A stretch of 60,805 nt of DNA, the filler included, from Sluysia triapertura (lineage: Eukaryota): assembly GCA_046118255.1 (NCBI GenBank). It is 4 parts of 4 records of this genome, joined end to end, with 100 filler letters (N's around TTAATTAATTAA, not from the genome) between each part and the next. Parts side by side here need not be neighbours in the genome. Positions count along the whole stretch, not along the records: positions 1 to 17,134 come from JBJNIA010192162.1; 3 more parts are not named here. One strand, written 5' to 3'. Position 1 is the first letter of the stretch, and every line of letters begins with the position of its first letter. This document shows positions 1-10,874 of the stretch, piece by piece. Made by a program: the position numbers and the translations under genes. The notes beneath the pieces were generated by a model, which saw only the letters and a program-made list of their open reading frames with translations, made no database searches and was not told where the DNA came from.

Positions 1-72
1 GGGCTGATAGCTCAGTGGTAGAGCATTCGCACTGCGCATCGAAGGTCCCGGGTTCGATCCCTGGTCAGTCCA
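1..72 (+). tRNA. tRNA gene with Ala-type body (G3:U70, A73) and irregular anticodon arm; atypical tRNA or pseudogene
   Basis: Acceptor stem GGGCTGA(1-7)/TCAGTCC(65-71), D-stem GCTC/GAGC, T-arm CCGGG-TTCGATC-CCTGG. A box and B box are intact, and a TTTT Pol III terminator follows at 73-76. The anticodon arm TTCG-CACTGCGCAT-CGAA has one extra nucleotide, so the anticodon is ambiguous (TGC at 33-35 or GCG at 34-36). Confidence 0.7.
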
Positions 73-83
73 TTTTACGAAGT

Positions 84-700
84 CTAACAATACGAATCGC
101 ATGACTTGCTCAATAACAGATTCAGCAGCAGATTTTTATTCAGAAATTCTAGATTGATTTGTTTGAATTCCTTAGCAACACTTTCAATTTGACTTATAAA
201 TATAAATCGCTTTAACAAATCTGAATCCTTCTTAACCCAATCACCCTGATGATCAAGAGCCAAATAAAAATTTCTTTCAGTACGATCTTTCCACACTAGT
301 TTAAATTTATCATGTATTTCGTCCCATTTCTTTGATTTTTCTTGCATTCTTGAAATTACTAATGGTACAACATTTCGAGGTGGATATCTTAATCCTTCTA
401 TAATACTTTCAGCAACGTCACCATATTTTCTATAAATAGCCTTTCTCATTAAAACTGCTGATAAAGCCCCTAATGAAGCATCAAGTTGAAATTTTGATTT
501 CTCTTCTTTCGTTAATAACTCCATTCGTTTTTGAATTTCTAAAAATGAACCAAGAGCATATTTATTTATTTTTACATATCAACTTCATATATTTCATCTT
601 CTAGTTATTTCATTTTTGTTCATTTATATATTTTTGACGTTATTTCAGACCATTCTTCAGAATTCATTGAAGTTATGTATACTTATCTTATCATTACAAT
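84..700 (-). pseudogene. SIN3: SIN3 corepressor fragment (HDAC-interaction domain); intact 146-aa ORF at 84-524, decayed upstream
   Basis: The ORF reads EEKSKFQLDASLGALSAVLMRKAIYRKYGDVAESIIEGLR..VVPLVISRMQEKSKKW..FKLVWKDRTERNFYLALDHQG, colinear with the SIN3A HID ([28 protein letters not shown]..LDHQG). Upstream, LEDEIYEVDM (cf. CEDERFELD) is still recognisable but has stops and a frameshift. No PAH domains are present. The 5' limit is approximate. Confidence 0.8.
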
Positions 701-1179
701 TCATCATAGTCCCCTATCTCAATTCCATAATAACGTTTACCTTATCTGTCATCCTGAATCTTGAAACTTTATATCTACCTTTACTTTTCACTAATCCCAA
801 CCAATTGTTACTTGTAATTTTGTTTGCATTAACAGAATTGATATTGTTAATTAAAGTGTTGAGTAAATTCTTAAATTTTTATGATCTTACAATATTGAAA
901 TCAAGTATATATTTATTAACTTATTTATTTTAGTAAAACATCAGCAACAAAGTTTAAGTAAACTCGTTTAAGTGATTAAATTATTCATTTTATTTTGTCT
1001 TAATAGATAACTTAATTTTTAAAATTAAAAAATATTTTTAAATTTCGAAATTTACATTTTAACATTTTTTATAAATTTTAACATTTATAAAGGTAATATT
1101 TAATTAGAATTTTTTTTAACGTTAACAGTATTTGTTTTAATTTCTAAAGAATATTTACAAAAATTGAAATATATTTAAT

Positions 1180-4100
1180 ATGGCTTCTGGTAGGAATTGG
1201 AGTACTGGCGGATATGGATCATATAATCAACTTTTGCGGCCGACATATATGAATTATACTGGTGAACGAAAGTACAATGCATACGATGATAAGTAAGTGC
1301 AATTTAATGTTTTTCGTTACATATTTATAGGAGATATTTAAGTCATTATAAAAGTTAATGAATTAATAATTCTCCAATATATAAATTAAAGATGCTTAGT
1401 CGATATTGGATGTTTCAGAATTAGAATGAATTTGTAATAATTTAAATATGTACATGTTTGGAACATCCATTATTGAATATGTGTTATAACACTCATATCT
1501 TTATTTACATGCGAATATTTAGGCGTAGCAGAAAAGATTTTCAAAGCGATCGTCGTGACCGGTACAGCCCAAATAAAAGGCGCTCGCCATATCACCAACG
1601 ATCATATGATGAACACAGTGCTTCTTTTCGCAAAGATTCTCGAAAACCACCCACTCATCACAGCGGACGTAATGAAGTTAAAGCGCCCAGGGTAACTTTT
1701 GATGTCAAAGAGTTATCTACAAGTGATGTGAAAAATCGTTATCAAAACCGTTTGCATGTTCCTTCGGACTTTTTCTTTGCTAGCCTCAGATGGCAAGAAG
1801 CATTTCCTCTGTATCGCCCAATGAAATTAGCCAATGATTGTGAGTACCAGGTGAGAACTATGACGCTTGAGGCGTAGAATGTAGAATACTTTATGAAGTC
1901 TTGAAATTTTCTTGATTCTGATTGTTTAATATGAATTTTTTTTAAAGTTAATTAAATATAGTTAATGTTAATTTTTAATTAGTAATCATTTCTAATCTAA
2001 ATGAATCTATATATTTTTAATGCGTATTAAATTTGAGTCTTTTAGATAGTTAACAAGGAAGTGGATGTTGAAGATATTACTATAAAGAATGAAGCGGTGC
2101 TGGATCCAGAAGATGTCGATTCTAAGTATTCAGCGAAGGTTATGATGTTATCAACGCCATCATTAACGGAATTATTTAAGCGATCTGTTAAAGCAGTAGA
2201 GTCAAAAATGGATACTTACGGTAAATGCATTCGATTTGTCGTTGGTATAAAAGGAAATAAAACAAATGAACCTGTTCCTATTGGAGGTTATTGGTCACCT
2301 AGTTTAGATGGCGCAGATCCTGAAACTGATCCTAATGTACTTATACGAACTGCAATAAGAACATGTAAAGCACTTACTGGACTTGATTTGTCTAAATGTA
2401 AAAAGTGGTATGGTTTTAATACATTATGTAATTGAACAATTATAAATAAAATATAATTACCTATAGCTCTTAAATGCAAAACTATAGCATGAAGGTTTGA
2501 AATATATGCAAAACACTATAGATGTTTGTAAAATTAAGTAAATACTCAATGAACTAAGCACATGGATGTGAGCAAATGAAATTGTGACAAATTTTACTGT
2601 AGATTATGTCCACATCTTAAATGACAGAGTAAATGGTAATTTATAATTTTCACTATAAACTGAAGGAAATGTATTAGAAAAATTTTAAAAATACAACACT
2701 ACATAAATAGTTAATGAAATATTTATATTTCTGTAAATCTATTTATATAGACACTTGAATTAAACAAGAAACGTATTAACGGATAAAGGCAATGAATAGA
2801 AATTAAATAAAAGATCATACATACGATTTTCATGGTAAACTTCTGCACGCGAACAATTCGATAGTTATAAAATTATTTAGTATGAAGTTTTATTTTTGAT
2901 TTTCTTTATTTAGGTATAGATTCATGGAAATTAATTATTACAGACCTGGTGATACTTCAGAAGAATCTGAAAATAAAATGGATCAAGTACCTGAATTAAA
3001 AGAAGATAAAGTTGAGACTGTAGTTGTTTTTATTCCTGATATGAGTACAGCATTGCCAAATAAAGAAGATTGGGAATCTGTGAAACAAAAATTCTCAAAT
3101 AAACTAAGTAAGTTAATTCCACAAGAAGAGAAAACAGAAGACAAATTTGAAGATCTTTCAAATGCTGATGTGTCAATGACTTCTGATAAAAATGAATCAA
3201 AGAGTGATATGAAACCAGAAAATGACGAAGATTTTGCAAATATGAAAGTGGCTGAATTAAGAGCTAAGTTATCCGAAAGAGGATTAGATACTAAAGGTGT
3301 GAAAAATGTTCTGTTACAGCGTTTAACTGAAGCTGTTGAAAAAGATAAGGCTAATGTAGTGGAACAGACTACAAAAAATGAGGAATCTTCAACCAAAGAA
3401 GAAATGGAAACTGAAGAAAAAAATGAAGATGGTGAAAAGAAAGAAGAATGCAAATCTGAAGACACTAAAGATAATGAAATAGTTGATGAAAAACCTAAAA
3501 TGACAGATAAGGAAAAGGAAAGGTTAATTAAGCTTTACACCCTTCCCGATAAATCATCATTTTTGATTCAACCAAGTACAAATGTAAAAGATAATAAATT
3601 TGATTGTGCTATTATGTCATTAGATTCTCTATTGGAATGCAGACAAGATGATCAGAAAGAACAGGTATACGAAATGGCATTATTTGCAGCACAATTTAAC
3701 GAAATGGTTCAACGAGATGCAGTGTTTTATATTTATAGGTCTTTATTAAATATGGCTGAAATAAACACAGAAAATGATGAACCAGAAGCAAAAAAAGCTA
3801 AAATGGACAATAAAATTATTCGTAAAACTAAAATGATACCTGATATGCATTTACATTATAGCTTTTCTTTATTAGATCCAGATAATACTGGTTACATTAG
3901 AGATCATGTATTGGAATATTTTATTCATGATTTAGGTTTGAATTTATCGCGATCACAGGTTAAAAAATTAATCAATAAAATACCTAATCGTAAAGGAAAT
4001 TTGATGTATAAAGAGGTAATAAATCGAGAAATTGTTGAGGGTAGTGTTGAAGATATTGCAACATTGAAGAAACAAATTGAAAATGTTAATAAATTAGCTG

Positions 4101-4594
4101 AATTGTCTCAAGGTAATAAATCTTTCTTTGAGGAAGGAGAATTAGATAATGTTGCCAGAGATGGAATATTAGAAATTATGGACAGTTTAGATAATGCCGT
4201 ATTTAAAAAACATTACTGTGAATTGCAGCTTTCAATGTTAAAAGATGAAATAGGTTAGTTTTTAATTTTTTAGAATTATAAATATTTAGAAAAATTAAAA
4301 AACATCCAGGATCAATCGGATTCTGTAGTTAATGATCTTCGTGACAATATTCAAAAAACAAAAGAGAAGCTAGAAACCGAAAAACAAAATTATGAAAAAT
4401 TTAAACAACATATTACTGTTTATCAAGAACTGTTAAAAAATGCTAGTGAATTAATGGGCGTAGTTGTTGACAGCATCAACAATCAATATGAAACCGAACG
4501 AAAAATCAAAGAATCTGAAAAGGCGGCAGTGGAGGAACTTCGTAAGGAAGAACAAAAAGAGCAAGAAAGTAATGAAAATGAAGAAAACAATTAA
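1180..4594 (+). CDS. CCAR1: Cell division cycle and apoptosis regulator 1 (CCAR1/DBC1 family); exons 1180-1292, 1523-1850, 2046-2407, 2914-4253, 4290-4594; 815 aa
   Basis: All four introns are GT-AG and phase-consistent (2448 nt in total). Motifs: RYQNRLHVPSDFF, DBC1/Nudix-like PIGGYWSPSLDGADPETDPNVLIRTAIRT, spliced CKKW-YRFMEINYYR, SAP domain MKVAELRAKLSERGLDTKGVKNVLLQRL, EF-hand-like FSLLDPDNTGYI, and a C-terminal coiled coil. In-frame TGA at 1165-1167 just before the ATG; AATAAA near 4772. Confidence 0.92.
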
Positions 4595-5896
4595 ATGTTT
4601 TATTTTGAATTGTGTATACATTCTAATCATAGTTGTAGTATTTTTTACATTGTCTGTTAACATTTATTTATAAATATAATTTTTAATTATGTATTTGTTG
4701 AAAGAATTGGATAATCGTTGGTCTTGATTTTTTACTAATCTTATTGAATATTGTAAGAAAGTTAACCATTTAATAAAATTTTAATTGATATTTATGTAAC
4801 TTTTAAAAACATTTTTGAGAACTTTATTAAATTTGAGTCTTTAAATATACCTATAAATGGTAATGTTGTATGATGTAATTAATATCTTTGTAAAACGTAA
4901 TTATTTGTGATTGCATAAATTTGTTTTAGATCAAATATAATTTGTAAGGTATTGCACATTTTATAACTGCATTTACATAGCATTTTAAAATCGAGTGTAA
5001 GCATTTTATTTGCATGTGTGCAAAATAGTTTTACATAAGTAAATGACTTATGACATAATGATGCATAGAAAAACCTATTATTTTTAATCTGCCTTATTGT
5101 ATAAAAATGTGTAACTATGTCATAATTTGACAAAATTACGAGACCCTCAGTTAGTCAAATGCTAATGATAACTTTAAATTACAAAGAAATTTACCTCTAT
5201 TTCAAATCTTGTTTTAAACAAGCTCACATTATGTGATGAACTTACTAATTCTGCAAAATGTGCTACCAATACAAGTTGTTATGAAAGGGGTGTTTCTTTA
5301 ATCGAAGTAATTAGTTTGTAATCAAAATCGTCGATTCGTGTTTTTATTTTATTAATTTATTTAGAAAATTTTAGTCAAATTTGTGTTAGTCCTCTTATTC
5401 ATGTTGAATAAATTTTCTTATTGTGCCCACTCACTTTTTACTGTTTTTACTTATACTATTTTCTATATTATCTTTTTGTTAACTTTTATTAATTTGATAT
5501 AAACTTGTCTTTACCAAATTTATTAAACCTTTTCACATCAAAATCACCAACATTTATCATAAACAAAACACTAAACAAATTACTCGATTAATTCAAATCA
5601 TGAACATAATTATAATTGATTGTTTATTGTTATCATAATTTCTATCACAAATATAATTCTCATAATAATGTAATATTCTATTAATTTTATTAACATTATC
5701 ACATTGTAATTTTAACCTCAATTGTCAATTATAGTCAAATTACTTTACCTTTTAACACTCTTTTTGTTTGTATGCATGTGTATATGTATGAACGTTTATA
5801 TACATGTTTATTGTTATTCACTTTTCTTTTACATTTTATCACTAAATTATGTTTTATCATAGTGATTAATTAAATTAAATCGAATTTATATATATC

Positions 5897-6166
5897 TTAC
5901 GCAACCCTTGTAATGGTGTTGTTTTTCAAAAATAATTAATGATTACGCAACCCTTTTTATGGTGTTGCTTGTCGAAAAATATTATATTAAATTAATCAAA
6001 GACACGACGTGTGATGTAAATATTTATTAGCAAATGTACTTAAAAACTATTGACAAATATGTATATATATGTATGGTTATAAAAATAATGATTTTATGTT
6101 ACTCAACCGGAGTTGGTACCTTATTAGTTTATGATGAAAGTTACGCAACCCTTTTTGTGGTGTTGC
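5897..6166. repeat. Three copies of a ~26-bp hairpin motif TTACGCAACCC-loop-GGTGTTG(C)
   Basis: Copies at 5897-5921, 5943-5968 and 6141-6166. A related CAAC/GTTG hairpin lies at 6100-6118. Confidence 0.8.
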
Positions 6167-8248
6167 TCAAAACAAAAAACGAATTTTAAGTAAATTTTAT
6201 GATTCCCAAATGGCGAATCAACCTTACAAATAATTAAAATTACTTGTTCATGGATTTTGATACTTGACAAGAAAAATTCTTGAGATCTTAATCTTCTATA
6301 AAATTGCCTATTGAGATTTTAATCTTCTGAATTCGAAAAAACTGCCGATTTACTAATTCTAAAAAGATGTGTCAGAAACTAGACTATTTATATTACTTTA
6401 TTGGAAGCCATCTTGGCTCTTTATTAAATTAATGAAATTGATAAGATAAAACCAATTTGATTTTTAAAATATTAAAAGTTTATTTTATTTTTTAAAATGA
6501 TAATTCTTATTAAAATTTAATAAAAACATTTCTTTAACTTTTATTAAAAATATTTAAATTAATTTTTTATTTTTTGTAAATAAATTAATTTTTATTTTTT
6601 GTAAATTATTTTGTTTTTTAAAATATAATAATAATATTAAAATTTTTGTAAAATATAATAATAATAAAATAATAAATAAAATACAAACATATACACAGAA
6701 CACAATGTTGAAAAATGTTAATTCTAACATTGTCTTTATACAATCTCACTTTAAAATGATTACTTATACAATTTCAATTTAAAATTGATTGTTTGTTTGT
6801 TACTAAATTTTGAAGTTATATTACCTCGATATAATCTCACTTTAAATTAATACAAAAGCATTATGATGATTAATAATGATTTTTATTGTTATAAGTTAAA
6901 ATGATTAAAATTAAAATTACAATGATTAAAATTAAAATGAGTGTTATTTTACAAAAATGATAAATGTTAATTATTGGTAAGTACCAACATTAAAAATTTT
7001 CTATATAAATGATTAGTAGCCTAAAATAGTTATACTGATAGCATAAAAATAATTACAATATTTTTGGAACAGTTATTCTTAACACAAATTTTAGTTGAAG
7101 TTAATCTGACTGTTTTGGTAGTTTCAAAGCTTATTAGACAATTATTAAAATACAAATTTGGGTTTTTGATAAGCCCAAATGTTTACAAAAATTTCAAAAA
7201 ACATAAAAATTTATATTTGCCAAAGGATACATAAAACTTTGGCATTTAAAGAGTCATTGATCTAACAAAATAGATAGTTCTTGAAAACGAGGGGACCTTT
7301 TTGTTCACAACATTGGTCTTATATATTTTAAGTTTTGCCGTTTTAAAGACGGCCTAAAATACAATATTTAAAAGGTAAAATTTAAATAAAATCAAAATAC
7401 GCCTATTCAATATAACTAGTTTTACGTTCAATTTTTTATGCATTTGATAAAATTATTATCGTTTTTTAGTTATTTTATTTGAAGGGATTGATTTAAGTTA
7501 AATTATCTAACAGCAATAGTTTACGAATCGATTAATTTACAAATTATTTTTACTGACGTCTCAATTAAAATATGCTTAATTTAGCTGAGACTTAAGCACT
7601 AAACCCTATAGAAATGCCTATATTCATTTGAGACTTTAACTACAGGCAAATTCATATAAATTCTTATCACCTTGTTTGTAAGGTTTAAAATTAATGTAAA
7701 CTCATCAGTTATATTTGATTTTGGATGAGCAATAAAATGCATAATATGTTATAATTAAAAATAAAATATAAAATTATCAAAATTTACAGTCTAAGTCAAT
7801 ATATTAATAGACTTCGAAATTTTTATCTGCATTTTAATTTATTTATAGCTAATTAAATATTTAAGTTCAATGTGCAGTAAATAAAATTTGTAATAAACAA
7901 TGTTTATTTAATTGTAACTAAGTATTAAATATTATCTATTTTTATTAATCGTTGAAACAATTTTAACTTATGTAAAATTAATTCTGGCTTATATTTTGTA
8001 ATTTAGAAAATTAATACTACAAATGAAAATTTCATATCTATTTACCACTTAATTATTACTGTTTCTTTATTTGAAAATCATTATTATTTGAATTAAATTT
8101 GATCTAAATTATGCATTTTTGGATAATCATTAATTATGAGTAGTTTTTTAAATTAATGTTTTTTCATTCAATTTCCTCTAATTTTAAAAACTAACATGTG
8201 AAAATCATTTTTCAATCCATAACATGTCAACGCTACATTTTTTGATTA

Positions 8249-8420
8249 TGTTAGGTTGTCATCACAACCTATTAAAATTATTTAAAAATCAATTAAAATG
8301 CTTTATAAATCTTTAAAATCACTTTAAAAATAGTTATTTTCCAAAAAAGAAAATTAGCTCTAAAAATAGAATAGAAGCTTCTAGAATGTTTTAGAACATT
8401 CCATCGATTTTCATTGGCAT
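8249..8420 (+). repeat. Dispersed repeat starting TGTTAG(G/T)TTGTC(A/G)TCACAACC (possible solo-LTR end); inverted copy at 38648-38765
   Basis: 8249 reads TGTTAGGTTGTCATCACAACCTATTAAAATT; the reverse complement from 38765 reads TGTTAGTTTGTCGTCACAACCCCTTAAAATT. Both copies are followed by a TTCTAGAA-rich block. A TGTT start is LTR-like, but the other end was not defined. Confidence 0.45.
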
Positions 8421-10389
8421 GAGTTTAATGAAACTCGCCATTTTTATTTGATTATTATTTTAAAGGATCGGATTTTTAGTGCATTTTTAAAATCTACGAA
8501 TCCTGTGTCAGTTCCATGTTAAAAGTAATTTATTTTTAATAAGACACTTATTTATTTTGTTTAAGAAAAGTAATATCCTAAAGTGTACTTAAAGTCTCAA
8601 TTTTTTCATTAAAGTGTAAGGTTTCCCGATATATTGAGGGGTAAAATACAGGAAAAATCATATTTAATCATAAGTAAAAGAGTAGTCATTAGTTTTAATT
8701 TTAACAAACTTTTGTAGAATTGAGTTTTATTCTATTTTTATCACTCTTTAGATTCTGTAATATTTAATAGTTAATATAAGTTGTGAATTTTGGTTTTAAT
8801 TATTATACGATAAGTTGGACACTCATTTACTGAGGATTAGACCTTCCATCATTAAATTTGTAAAATCATATTATCATTCTTAAAGTAATTACTAAATTAT
8901 TTAGCTACAGAAACGCCAACGATTCGTTGTAAGACGTTTACTATAACCGGACCCTGTAAAAAATTATTTTGCCGTAGGTTAAGTGTTAGTAAAACCACAG
9001 CAATTAAATAAATATCAAATTCAGAATCGTTCCTTCACAATAATTAATTCTGTTTGTTTCTAGTTTATCCGATTATTCTATTATAAATTATTCATTGTTA
9101 ACTCTGAAAATTAATTACAATAATCTCAGTTAATTTAAATTGCAAAATTTCCATTTTTTATTAACACATTTTACTCATTGAACAGATTATCAAAAATAAC
9201 TAAATTAGTTTACAAAACGTACTTTAATTAATTTAACAAATTTACTTTTATCAATTTTACACTTTAAACATATTTTAAGGTTTTCGAAGCCTTTTTATTA
9301 TCTAAGCAACCATATTTATTTATTATCAATTAATCATCTTTCTTAAAATTTTATCATTATTATTACAATTATTATTAATACCATTATCAATGGTTTCATT
9401 ATTAGCTATTTTATAAATTTTATTAACTTTATAATAATTTGTATTATTAATTTTATTTACTTTTATATTTAAATTAAAAACGATAATTATAAAAACAATT
9501 AAATGAGTTTCAATCTCAATATATTATAACTGTACCACAATAAAAATCAAATAATAATTAAGTCAATATAACTCAGTCTTTTACGACAGTTAATTATTCA
9601 ATAAAATAAAATTCAATTATAATACTCAATCTCAGGGGTTTCACAAGACAAATAAATGTTAGTACCCATATAATACAATAAATATACAATCAAAACTCAA
9701 GACTCAACTAACCGCAAATAATAGGGCTTAAAAATAAAATTTAGTCCGATTTCCAAAGAACTGTAAGATTCAATCAGTGTTTACCACTAATATATTGAAT
9801 AAGCTTCCTTACAGCAAAAGTATACAATTTTCTTTTATTCTGTTTGTGTTAAATGACAGAAAATGTGGTTCTTTATATAGTGTTTGAATAATTGCTAGGA
9901 AGTCTGAAATTCGACTTAATTATTGTGCACTTCGACAAGACATTCTTACTTCCTAGAATCGGTTTTATGCCCACCATTTTATTAATCAAATATGAACATA
10001 AATTTCCGGCGAATTTCCGTCTTAATATTATCTAGCAATTATCCAAAGATAATGAGTTTTGTGGTAAACAAACTTTTATTAAATTAAAATTAAAATTTAA
10101 GATCATAGTTTTAATAATATTTATTGATACAATAATAAATTAAGTTAAATTGAATATTATGAGAAAACTGAATTTTTAGAATACTAAATTTTGATTATAA
10201 ATTTTTAACTATTTAATTTTCAGTGTGTTTTATTTTATTATTATTTATTTTTATCATTTATTTTATTTTAAATTTCTTATTAATTATAAATAAATTTTAT
10301 AAATTAAGTAAGACTAATAAATTAAATAAAAAAATTTTTTAATAACATGATTAAAATATTGAAAACACAATACAGAAATTAGAGTTAAG

Positions 10390-10874
10390 TCAGTATGATT
10401 TAGGATGAAAAATGAAATATTTGGAATTTTCATTGCCTTCTGAAATAACTACTTTTGAATTAGAAACATCATGATGCGTTTGATATAAAGTATGACTGTA
10501 ACTTTTATTTTCTGCATTGTTATTGTTACTTACACTAAATGACAGTGAGAAAGATCTGATATTATTTCGAACATTAACAAATACGCGGTTCATTGAATTT
10601 TTTTAAACGTATCCTCATAACAACGTGCAAAATTATTCCTAACAGAAACATAATTAATCCAATTTTATTAATCGAGTTCATTTGGTCACCATTAATCGTT
10701 GTTGCTAGATATAAAACACATATTTCCTTTACGATGTATATGAAATAACAAGATATTCAGAACATTCGAGGCAAAATGCAACTAAGGCTCCAGATACAAG
10801 AATAGTTAAATTATACATTAATTCTTCGTAATCAGAAAAACCAAATAAGTCTTTAGTTGATACTATTTCAAGTC
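10390..10874 (-). pseudogene. SLC35C2: Orphan last exon of an SLC35C2-like nucleotide-sugar transporter, with an internal deletion and frameshifts
   Basis: After an acceptor (ttatttag|10874) it reads GLEIVSTKDLFGFSDYEELMYNLTILVSGALVAFCLECSEYLVISYTS, then in a shifted frame KEICVLYLATTINGDQMNSINKIGLIMFLLGIILHVVMR. This is colinear with SLC35C2 ([23 protein letters not shown][SLTLSIAGIF, missing here][36 protein letters not shown]). ORF 10390-10593 is probably the frameshifted tail. No upstream exons were recognised. Confidence 0.75.

Noticed and set aside
616-933. 105-aa Leu/Ile-rich ORF resembling a membrane protein
   Set aside because: It is the antisense shadow of decayed SIN3 and AT-rich sequence; the hydrophobicity follows from T-rich codons.
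2983-3465. Ser/Phe-rich minus-strand ORFs (also 2288-2479, 3030-3239, 4451-4663)
   Set aside because: Antisense shadows of CCAR1 exons.
5897-6166. CRISPR-like array of palindromic repeats
   Set aside because: Only three copies with spacers of 21 and 172 bp, in eukaryotic DNA with no cas genes.
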